Source: an uncultured Candidatus Binatia bacterium (GTDB lineage Bacteria; Desulfobacterota; Binatia; DP-6). Taken from it: 64,000 bases of DNA. The position numbers and the translations under genes were made by a program. Position 1 is the first letter of the stretch. Each line of letters begins with the position of its first letter. Below, one piece after another: positions 9,731 to 17,302 of this stretch. The stretch is from contig CAYOIZ010000007.1 of NCBI GenBank assembly GCA_964404165.1, forward strand, positions 86,897 through 150,896, read 5' to 3'. The notes under the pieces are model-generated. The model did no database searches. It was given only the letters and a program-made list of their open reading frames with translations, and was not told where the DNA came from.

Positions 9731-10860
9731 GGCCGGTCTGGATCACGGGCATCGGTCTGCATCCCTTCGGCCGCTTCGCGGATCGCAGCGTCACGATGCT
9801 CGGCGCCCACGCGGTGCGTGCGGCGCTCGACGATGCCGGCGTCGCCCGCGGTGGGTTCCAGGCGGCCTTCTGTGGCAACGTGTACGGCGGCGTCGCGTCC
9901 GGTCACAAGGTGCTGACGGCGCTCGGCCTCTCGGGGGTTCCCATCGTCAACGTCGAGGCCGGCTGCGCGAGCGGCGGCGCCGCGCTGTCCCTCGGTGCGG
10001 CCCAGGTGGCGACGGGTCGCTACGACACCGTCCTCGTCTTCGGCATGGAGAAGATGCCGCGCGGGATGATCCGCTCGAGCTTCTTCGAACCCTGGCGCGA
10101 GGAGGCGGGCCTCGCCGCCACGCCCGGCTACTTCGCGCTGCGCGCGCAGCGGCTCATGCGCGAGAGCGACGTTCGCCCCGAAGACCTGGCCCAGGTGTCG
10201 GTGAAGAACCATCGGCACGGCGTGCACAATCCGGACGCGATGTACCGCAAGGCCATCACCGTCGACGAGGTGCTCGCGTCGCCGCTCGTGTGCGAGCCGC
10301 TGCGCCTGCTCATGCTGTGCTCCCCGAACGAGGGCGCGGCGGCCGTCGTGGTGTCGTCACGGCCGCACGGCGCGCGCGCGGTGCGCGTCGCCGCGGCCCA
10401 GCTGCGCTCGCACCTGGTCGGCTCGGTGCTCGGCGAGCACACGCCGCTCTCGGGAGTGATCGACGACGGCATGCCCACGCCGACGCAGATGGCCGCGCGT
10501 GCCGCCTACGAGGAGAGCGGCCTCGGTCCGGACGACCTGCACCTCGTCGAGCTGCAGGACACCGATGCGGCGCGCGAGATCCTCTCGGCCGAAGAGCTCG
10601 GCCTGTGTGCGCGCGGCGGCGGCGGCCGGTGGGTCCGGGACGGTGGCGGTGAGATGACGAGCCCCCTCCCCGTCAATCCGAGCGGCGGATTGCTTTCCAA
10701 GGGCGAGCCGCTCGGCGCGTCGGCGCTGGGGCAGGTGGTGGAGTGCACGCGGCAGCTGCGCGGCGACGCCGGGGCACGACAGGTCTCGGGTGCGCGCGTC
10801 GCCCTGGCGCACACCGTCGGTCGCGGCGCGAACGCCTGCGTGATCGTCCTCGTCGCCTGA
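9727..10860 (+). CDS. Thiolase-like protein, SCP-x / nonspecific lipid-transfer thiolase family
   Basis: MRPVWITGIGLHPFGRF..., active-site Cys context NVEAGCASGG, and a C-terminal thiolase fold. The classic pairing with the upstream DUF35 gene supports the call. Confidence 0.8.
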   Translation: MRPVWITGIGLHPFGRFADRSVTMLGAHAVRAALDDAGVARGGFQAAFCGNVYGGVASGHKVLTALGLSGVPIVNVEAGCASGGAALSLGAAQVATGRYDTVLVFGMEKMPRGMIRSSFFEPWREEAGLAATPGYFALRAQRLMRESDVRPEDLAQVSVKNHRHGVHNPDAMYRKAITVDEVLASPLVCEPLRLLMLCSPNEGAAAVVVSSRPHGARAVRVAAAQLRSHLVGSVLGEHTPLSGVIDDGMPTPTQMAARAAYEESGLGPDDLHLVELQDTDAAREILSAEELGLCARGGGGRWVRDGGGEMTSPLPVNPSGGLLSKGEPLGASALGQVVECTRQLRGDAGARQVSGARVALAHTVGRGANACVIVLVA

Positions 10861-10902
10861 GCGCTTGCACGCGCCGGGCGCCGCCCGTAGCCTCGATCCC
10901 GC

Positions 10903-11562
10903 ATGCGCCTGCGCTGGCTGGCGACCGCCGTCGTGGTCGCCCTCCCGCTCCTCGGGATCGCCGGCCTCGTCGCGGGCCGTGCCCTCGTCGTCGCGGACCC
11001 CGTGCCGTCCCACGCCGACGCGATCGTCGTGATGGCCGGCTCCGTGTCCGATCGAATCCTCGAGGCCGCCCGTCTGTATCGGGAGGGCGTGGCACCGCTC
11101 GTCGTCATCACCCATGAGCGCCTGCCACGCGGCGGCGCCACGCTACGTGCCAACGGCGTCCGCCTCCCCGAATCGCACGAGCTGGCGCGTCGGGGCCTGC
11201 GTGCGCTCGGCGTGCCGGACGCGGCCATCCGCGATCTGCGGCGGCGGGCGCGCAGCACCCGCAGCGAAGCGCGCGTCATCGCGCGCTGGGCCTGCAAGGC
11301 GCGACTGACGAGCCTCGTCGTGGTGACCTCGCCGTCGCACACCCGGCGCGCGCGGCTGCTGCTGCGTCAGGCACTCCTGCCGGACGTCGAGGTCACCGTG
11401 CGACCCGCCCCGGCCGCGATGTATCGCGGCGCGCGCTGGTGGCGGGATCGGCGCGCGGCGAAGGAGGTGCTCAGCGAGTACGAGAAGCTGGCGAACTTCT
11501 GGCTCGTCGAGCGCTGGAGCCCGCCCGACGCCTGCGGAGGGCTCGCCGGCCGACGCCGTTAG
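10903..11562 (+). CDS. DUF218 (YdcF/SanA/ElyC-like) membrane-associated protein
   Basis: N-terminal TM helix, then the DUF218 core (DAIVVMAGS..., LVVVTSPSHTRRA). Confidence 0.65.
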   Translation: MRLRWLATAVVVALPLLGIAGLVAGRALVVADPVPSHADAIVVMAGSVSDRILEAARLYREGVAPLVVITHERLPRGGATLRANGVRLPESHELARRGLRALGVPDAAIRDLRRRARSTRSEARVIARWACKARLTSLVVVTSPSHTRRARLLLRQALLPDVEVTVRPAPAAMYRGARWWRDRRAAKEVLSEYEKLANFWLVERWSPPDACGGLAGRRR

Positions 11563-11882
11563 GCCTCGACGGCCTGGCGGATCAGCGAGGCCAGCTCGCC
11601 GCGCGCATGCAGCTCGCGCACGATGTCGCAGCCGCCGACGAACTTGCCACCGACGAACACCTGCGGGATCGTGGGCCAGCTCGTGAACGCCTTCACGCCC
11701 TCGCGCTTGTCCTGCTCCGCGAGGATGTCGACCGCCTTGAACGGCACGCCGATCTCGTTCAGCACCTCGATCGTGGCCGCGGAGAAGCCGCACATCGGGA
11801 AGCGCGGCGTCCCCTTCATGTAGATGACGACGGGATTCTCCGTGACCTCGCGCTCGATCTCCTTGGTGATGTCGTCGCTCAT
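11559..11882 (-). CDS. grxD: Monothiol glutaredoxin (CGFS type, Grx4/GrxD)
   Basis: VVIYMKGTPRFPMCGFS...WPTIPQVFVGGKFVGGCDIV is a near-canonical Grx4 sequence. Confidence 0.9.
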   Translation of the reverse strand: MSDDITKEIEREVTENPVVIYMKGTPRFPMCGFSAATIEVLNEIGVPFKAVDILAEQDKREGVKAFTSWPTIPQVFVGGKFVGGCDIVRELHARGELASLIRQAVEA

Positions 11883-12118
11883 GGTGCGTCCTTTCCTGCG
11901 GGTTCGGTGCGGAGCGACAGCGCGTGGATGCGGGGCATGAGCCCTCCGAGCGCTCCGTAGATCAGTCGGTGCTGCTCGACGAGCCCGAGGCCGTCGAACT
12001 GGGCCGCGCGTACGCGAACCTCGAAATGGTCACCGGCACCGGTGGTATCCGCCACGTCGACGCGCGCGCCCGGAAGCGCGACCTCGATGCAGCGTTGGAC
12101 CTCGGCGGGATCGACCAT
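11879..12118 (-). CDS. bolA: BolA family protein
   Basis: BolA fold signature (...GAGDHFEVRVRAAQFDGLGLVEQHRLIYGALG...). The stop overlaps the grxD start (TCAT at 11879..11882). Confidence 0.85.
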   Translation of the reverse strand: MVDPAEVQRCIEVALPGARVDVADTTGAGDHFEVRVRAAQFDGLGLVEQHRLIYGALGGLMPRIHALSLRTEPAGKDAP

Positions 12119-12174
12119 TCCCTCTGGCTACACTCCCGATCCCGGTGGAGCAAGCCGCGAAGCGCGTGCGCCGC

Positions 12175-12546
12175 TCAGGACTTGGGCTGACAGTCGAGCA
12201 CGGGATTGCCGACGCTGTTCCACGTGCAGGTCTTGGTGGACGCGGGATGGTCGGTGGTCAGGCGGTACGAGACGCCGTCGCTCTCGCACTCGGTGAAGAC
12301 CACGCCCTCGGAGGGCGTGAAGCCAGGCAGCGCGCTGCAGTCGTCGGAGTACTCCAGGTGGTCCAGGAAGAACGCCTCCTGCCCCGCTGCAGCGTTGCGC
12401 ACGTCGGTCACGATGCGCGCGTCGTATCCCTTCCCCTGTCGTGCCGCGAAGTTCGGGATGGCGATGGCGGCAAGGATGCCGATCACCGACATGACGACCA
12501 TCAGCTCGACCAGGGTGAATCCCCGATTGCGTGCCCGCGTGTCCAT
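12175..12546 (-). CDS. Type IV pilin / pseudopilin with an N-terminal methylation motif
   Basis: RGFTLVELMVVMSVIGILAAIAIPNF, with Gly at -1 and Glu at +5. Four Cys in the C-terminal region suggest disulfide loops. Confidence 0.85.
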   Translation of the reverse strand: MDTRARNRGFTLVELMVVMSVIGILAAIAIPNFAARQGKGYDARIVTDVRNAAAGQEAFFLDHLEYSDDCSALPGFTPSEGVVFTECESDGVSYRLTTDHPASTKTCTWNSVGNPVLDCQPKS

Positions 12547-12718
12547 GCGCCCTCGAAGTGCAAGCCAGGTGCCACCGCTGGGCCCCGTCGGCGCAGGGTG
12601 GCGGTGCCACGCGGCGATGCGTTGGCGCCACCGGCGCCACGCGCGTGACGCCGAAACCGCATGACGCTGTGCGTTTCGCGATGGCCAGATTTCCGCGCAT
12701 TGGGTAAGAACGGAAGGG

Positions 12719-13423
12719 ATGCCCGACGCCGCTCACCGCGCCGGCACCCGTCTCCCGCGCGTGCCATCCCTCCTCTTCGCCTGCGTCCTCCTGTTGAACG
12801 CGCTGCCCGCACCGGCGTCCGCCGCCCGTTGCGGCGACGACGTCGACGGTCGCGGCACCCGCGTGGGCTGCGCCTGCGGGGATGTCGTCGTGAGCTCCGT
12901 GCGGCTCGATGCCGCCGACCCCATCGTGCAGGCGCCCTGTCCGGCGGCGGGCCTCGTCGTCGACGTGCCGTCGTCGGTTGCGCTGCCGACGCTCGACCTC
13001 GGCGGCCTCACGCTCGCCGGCAGCGGACGCGGCATCGGCATCGACGTCCTCTCGGGCGGACGGGCCGGGCTCGCGCTCGTCGGTCCCGGCACCGTGCGTG
13101 GATTCGACCATGGCGTCGCAGCCCGCGAAGGCACACTGGCGCAGGCGTCGTCGGTGCGCGCCGACGGCAACGCCCGCGACGGCTTCCGACTGGCCGGACG
13201 CGGGTACCATCTCGTCGCCTGCAGCGCCGAGCACAATGGACGCGACGGCTTCGTGCTGCAGGGCCAGGACTACCGGCTCGACGACTGCACCGCGGTCGCC
13301 AACGGGCGCGACGGCTTCGCCGTCCGCGGCCGCCCTGCGGCCCCGGTCGACGCCGCCAACGCCGCCACCGACAACGGTCGCCGCGGCGCCCGCACGCGCA
13401 GCCGCGCCGCGAGGTCGCGATGA
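12719..13423 (+). CDS. Small secreted parallel beta-helix repeat protein D, translationally coupled to giant protein E
   Basis: Signal peptide LLFACVLLLNALPAPASAA. Repeated ...NARDGFRLAG / HNGRDGFVLQG / ANGRDGFAVRG (PbH1-like). Arg-rich C-terminus. Stop TGA at 13421..13423 overlaps the ATG of E at 13420. The overlapping N-terminal extension of ORF 12661.. is in another frame and is Arg-rich junk. Confidence 0.65.
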   Translation: MPDAAHRAGTRLPRVPSLLFACVLLLNALPAPASAARCGDDVDGRGTRVGCACGDVVVSSVRLDAADPIVQAPCPAAGLVVDVPSSVALPTLDLGGLTLAGSGRGIGIDVLSGGRAGLALVGPGTVRGFDHGVAAREGTLAQASSVRADGNARDGFRLAGRGYHLVACSAEHNGRDGFVLQGQDYRLDDCTAVANGRDGFAVRGRPAAPVDAANAATDNGRRGARTRSRAARSR

Positions 13424-16400
13424 TCCGCGCACTCGCGGGCGCCCTCGTCGCCATCGGGCTGCTCCTCGGCACCGCGGGCGGGTCCAGCGCCGCCAACTGC
13501 ACCAAAGGACCCGTGTGCGGTGCGAAGCCGTTCACCGACGACGCCTCCTGCTGCTTCGGCCTCTACTGCCAGCTCGACGGCGACGTGCAGCTGTCGGGTC
13601 CCGATTGCGTGCTCGATTTCGGCAACCGTGACGTCACGATCTCCGGCAAGGTCCAGCTCGGCACCAAGCGTCTCAAGATCCGCGCCAAGAGCCTCGTCAT
13701 CGCGAATGGGGTGGATGGTCGCGGTGCCGCGGGATCACGCGGCGGCACGCTCGAGATCGAGACCTTCGTCGGCACGGCGCTCGACTTCCGCCTGCTCACG
13801 AACGCCGCCAAGATCGACCTCTCCGGCGGCATCGGAGGCGGCGTGTTCGCCATCGCGGCACAGGGTGGCATCTCGCTCGAACAGGGCGAGATCCGCGCCG
13901 ACGGTCTCACCGCAGCGGCGCCCGGTGGCAGCATCGATCTGCGGAGCGAGACCGGCAACATCCACGTCGGGACGGTCCTGGCGGCGGACGACGGCACCCT
14001 CACCGGCGGTGGCTCGTCCCGCATCGGCCTGCAGGCAGTCGCCGGCGGGATCACGCTGAACGGCGCGAACCTCAGCGCCTCCGCCGGCAGCATCGACATC
14101 GCAGCGCGCGACACCGTGTCGAGCGACCAGGGGGCGAAGCTCCGCACCGACCGCGGCGGCGCGATCGACATCGTCGGCAGCGCCCTGACGCTGGCGGGCG
14201 AAGCCACCGCGACCTGGGGCAGCATCAACCTGCACGCCACGACCGGCGCCCTCGCCGTCACGCGGACGAGCCAGCCCGGCCTCCGCGTCGACGCGAGCAG
14301 CGACGGCGACACCGGCGAGATCGCGCTCATGGCCGATGCGCCCGGTCCGGCCGGCACCATCACCATCGCGACGCCCATCGTCGCGCCCGGCGCCGACGTC
14401 GAGGCCCACGCCACCGGGCTCCTCCGCGTCACGAAGAAGCTCAACGCCAGCGGCACGCCCGCCGACGGGGAGACCACGGGCGGTGGCCAGGTCGTGCTCG
14501 AGAGCGAGCTCCTCGACATCGAGATCACCGACGACGTCCTCGCCAACGACAACCTGACCGAGGGCAGCGTCGATCTGAGCGCCGGACACGACGTCATCCT
14601 GAACGGCGGCGTCGAGGCCAAGGGCACCATGGGCGGGCCGGGCGGCGCCGTCACCATCAGCGCCGGCCGCGACATGCGCCTCGGCGCGGGACGCACCATC
14701 GACGCGTCCGGTGGCGAATCGGGCGGCAGCGTCGAGGTGCGCGCGGGCGGACGCATCGAGCTGGTCGGAACGAGCAAGATCGACGCCGGCACCGGCGCCC
14801 CCGGCCCGGGCGGCCTCATCGATCTCGCCGCCGGCGCCGACGGTGAGGCGGGCGCGCTCGCCATCGCCGGCAGCGTCGTCGCCAAGACCAAGGACGCTGG
14901 CAACGCGCCGAGCACGATCCTGCTCGAGGGCTGCGACATCACGATCGCGGCGGCGGGCACCGTCGACAGCAATCGCCTCGGCAGCAACGGCGCCCACGGC
15001 AGCAACAGCCTCACCGCCCGCAAGAGCGTCACCGTCGCCGGCAAGATCCTCGGTGGCGGCGGCAACTTCCTCACGTCGGTATCGGCGGCGTCTGGCGGCG
15101 GCCAGGTCGCGCCCGCGTTCACGCTCTCGCTCCGCCCCGCCTGCACCGACAATGGCGTGCCGGCGGGATGCCTGCTCCCCTGCCCCACCTGCGGCGACGG
15201 CGTGGAACAGTTCCCCGAAACCTGCGACGGCGGCGCCGCCGATCGCTGCACGAGCAAGTGCGGCCCAACCTGCCGAGACGACCTGGTCTGCGATGCGGCG
15301 CTCGCCTGCGCGGGCATCGCCTGCGACACGGTCGGCGGCTGCTACTTCGGCCCTGTCCCCCAGGGGACGACGTGCAACGACGGCAACGCCTGCACCGCGA
15401 ACGACGTCTGCAGCAGCGGCGCGTGCCACGGCCCGGACGTGGTCGTCTGCGACGACGGCAATGCGTGCAACGGCGTCGAGACGTGCCCGAGCGCCGCCGG
15501 CTGCCAGGCCGGCACGCCGCCCAACTGCGACGACGGCAATCCCTGCACCACCGACAGCTGCGCGCCCGCGGCGGGCTGCCAGCACACGCCCAACGCGGCT
15601 CCCTGTGACGACGGCGATGCCTGCACCGAGAACGACGCCTGCGGCGACAGCGCCTGCCAGGCCGGGAGCGCACGCACGTGTCCGGCCGGGGAGATCTGCG
15701 TCGCACCGACCGGGTGCGAGACGGCGCCGGCGTGCAACGAGGCCGCGGATTGCGACGACGACAACGCCTGCAACGGTGTCGAGACGTGTGTGAACGACGC
15801 CTGCGTGGCGGGAACGCCCCTCACCTGCAACGACGGCAACGTCTGCAACGGTACCGAGACGTGCGATCCCGCGACCGGCTGCAAGGCGGGAATCGCCTGC
15901 GACGACGGCAACCCCTGCAACGGCACCGAGACCTGCTCGCAGGAGACCGGCTGCCACGCCGGAACGCCTCCCAGCTGCGCCGACACCGACGTCTGCACCA
16001 CCGACAGCTGCAACCCGCTCTCGGGATGCGTCAACACCCCCGTCGGAGGCGACTGCTGCAACCTCGCGTCCGACTGTGCCGATGACGGCGACGTCTGCAC
16101 CGACGCCACCTGCGTCGCCCATGCGTGCGTCTTCGAGACCAGCGCGCTCTGCTGTCAGAACCCGGCCGATTGCGCGGACGGCAACCCCTGCACCACGGAC
16201 GACGTCTGCAACGTCGCCAATCGCTGCGAGCACGCGCTCCTCGAGGGCACGCAGCCGGGGTGCGGTGACGCCTGCGCGCCGGGAAGCTGCGCCGACGGCA
16301 TCTGTGTCGCGGGCGAGCCCACGGTCTGCGACGACGGCGAGGTGTGCACCGCGGACACCTGCGCGCCGAGCACGGGATGCGTCTTCACCGGCGTCGTGGG

Positions 16401-17136
16401 CTGCTGCGAGACGAACGCCGGATGCGACGACGGCGCGCCCTGCACCGTCGACACGTGCGACACCGACACCCACACCTGCAGCCACGTCGTCGACGAGCTG
16501 TGCAGCGAGTGCGTCACCGACAGCGACTGCGATCCGCTCGGCACCTGTGGCGGCATGGCATGCCAGAGCGGCGTCTGCGTCTCGACGCCGCCCCTCGACT
16601 GCGACGACGCCAACCAGTGCACCGTCGACACCTGTCCCGACGCGCGCGGCTGCGTGCACACCATCCGCTCCTGCGACGACGGACGCGCCTGCAACGGCGC
16701 CGAGTCCTGCAGCCCACTCGACGGCTGCCGCGCGGGCACGGTCCCCGACTGCGACGACGGCGACCGCTGCACCGACGACACGTGCAGCGAGCCGACCGGG
16801 TGCACCCACGTCCAGCGCACGGGCTTCCCGGGCGTCGTCTGTCAGCTCGACACCGTGTCGGCGTTCCTCGATGGTGCGAGCACCGACGAGCTCACGGCGA
16901 AGCTCAAGCGCAAGCTCGGCAAGCTCCTCACCAAGGTGCGGGCCACCCTGCGCAAGGCCGAGTCCACCGGCAGCGCCCGCAAGCGGGCCAAGCTCGCCGG
17001 CAAGGCAGCCAACCAGCTACGTGGCCTCTCACGCGCCATCGACAAGGGGCGCGATCGCGGCATCGCCGGCGATCTGGCCGACGTCCTGCGCCGGGCCGTC
17101 GACGGCGCAGCCACGACCGCGGGCACCCTGCGCTGA
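13420..17136 (+). CDS. Giant secreted protein E: signal peptide, long Gly-rich beta-helical (hemagglutinin/autotransporter-passenger-like) region, about 15 class-A Cys repeats, basic C-terminal tail
   Basis: Start ATG at 13420 (MIRALAGALVAIGLLLGTAGGSSA). About 580 aa of G..I.L....I.A repeats. Cys repeats run from about 15181. The last 98 aa are KLKRKLGKLLTKVRATLRKAE... Confidence 0.85.
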   Translation: MIRALAGALVAIGLLLGTAGGSSAANCTKGPVCGAKPFTDDASCCFGLYCQLDGDVQLSGPDCVLDFGNRDVTISGKVQLGTKRLKIRAKSLVIANGVDGRGAAGSRGGTLEIETFVGTALDFRLLTNAAKIDLSGGIGGGVFAIAAQGGISLEQGEIRADGLTAAAPGGSIDLRSETGNIHVGTVLAADDGTLTGGGSSRIGLQAVAGGITLNGANLSASAGSIDIAARDTVSSDQGAKLRTDRGGAIDIVGSALTLAGEATATWGSINLHATTGALAVTRTSQPGLRVDASSDGDTGEIALMADAPGPAGTITIATPIVAPGADVEAHATGLLRVTKKLNASGTPADGETTGGGQVVLESELLDIEITDDVLANDNLTEGSVDLSAGHDVILNGGVEAKGTMGGPGGAVTISAGRDMRLGAGRTIDASGGESGGSVEVRAGGRIELVGTSKIDAGTGAPGPGGLIDLAAGADGEAGALAIAGSVVAKTKDAGNAPSTILLEGCDITIAAAGTVDSNRLGSNGAHGSNSLTARKSVTVAGKILGGGGNFLTSVSAASGGGQVAPAFTLSLRPACTDNGVPAGCLLPCPTCGDGVEQFPETCDGGAADRCTSKCGPTCRDDLVCDAALACAGIACDTVGGCYFGPVPQGTTCNDGNACTANDVCSSGACHGPDVVVCDDGNACNGVETCPSAAGCQAGTPPNCDDGNPCTTDSCAPAAGCQHTPNAAPCDDGDACTENDACGDSACQAGSARTCPAGEICVAPTGCETAPACNEAADCDDDNACNGVETCVNDACVAGTPLTCNDGNVCNGTETCDPATGCKAGIACDDGNPCNGTETCSQETGCHAGTPPSCADTDVCTTDSCNPLSGCVNTPVGGDCCNLASDCADDGDVCTDATCVAHACVFETSALCCQNPADCADGNPCTTDDVCNVANRCEHALLEGTQPGCGDACAPGSCADGICVAGEPTVCDDGEVCTADTCAPSTGCVFTGVVGCCETNAGCDDGAPCTVDTCDTDTHTCSHVVDELCSECVTDSDCDPLGTCGGMACQSGVCVSTPPLDCDDANQCTVDTCPDARGCVHTIRSCDDGRACNGAESCSPLDGCRAGTVPDCDDGDRCTDDTCSEPTGCTHVQRTGFPGVVCQLDTVSAFLDGASTDELTAKLKRKLGKLLTKVRATLRKAESTGSARKRAKLAGKAANQLRGLSRAIDKGRDRGIAGDLADVLRRAVDGAATTAGTLR
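15181..16839 (+). repeat. Tandem class-A 6-Cys repeat array of E
   Basis: CDDGNACNGVETC..AAGCQAGTPPNCDDGNPCTTDSCAPAAGCQHTP... recurs about 15 times. Confidence 0.7.
16840..17136 (+). other. Conserved C-terminal basic alpha-helical tail domain (98 aa) of E
   Basis: CQLDTVSAFLDGASTDELTAKLKRKLGKLLTKVRATLRKAESTGSARKRAKLAGKAANQLRGL... Confidence 0.5.
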
Positions 17137-17302
17137 AGTACTGCCTGGGCGATTCGGTCGCGCGATCGCGCCCGAGCCGTGCAGCCGTGCAATCCATGTG
17201 ACGCGCCATGGCACGACCCGGAGCCCTTACGCTGCAAGGCTGCAGGGCTCGAGCCGCGAGCGGCCTGACCGGGCACGAGGGTTGCTCAAGCCAACCCGCA
17301 CG

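Noticed and set aside
12661-13419. N-terminal 253-codon extension of the ORF that contains giant protein E.
   Set aside because: The translation is Arg/Pro-rich junk (RRRRRRSRHPRGLRLRGCRRELRAAR...). The overlapping frame of protein D has a signal peptide and beta-helix repeats. E starts at the ATG at 13420 with a clear signal peptide.
16076-17302. Upstream part of ORF 16076..19948, before the start of F.
   Set aside because: It is a +1 read-through of the Cys-repeat region of E (Ala/Thr/Pro/Ser-rich). F starts at ATG 17303 with a signal peptide.
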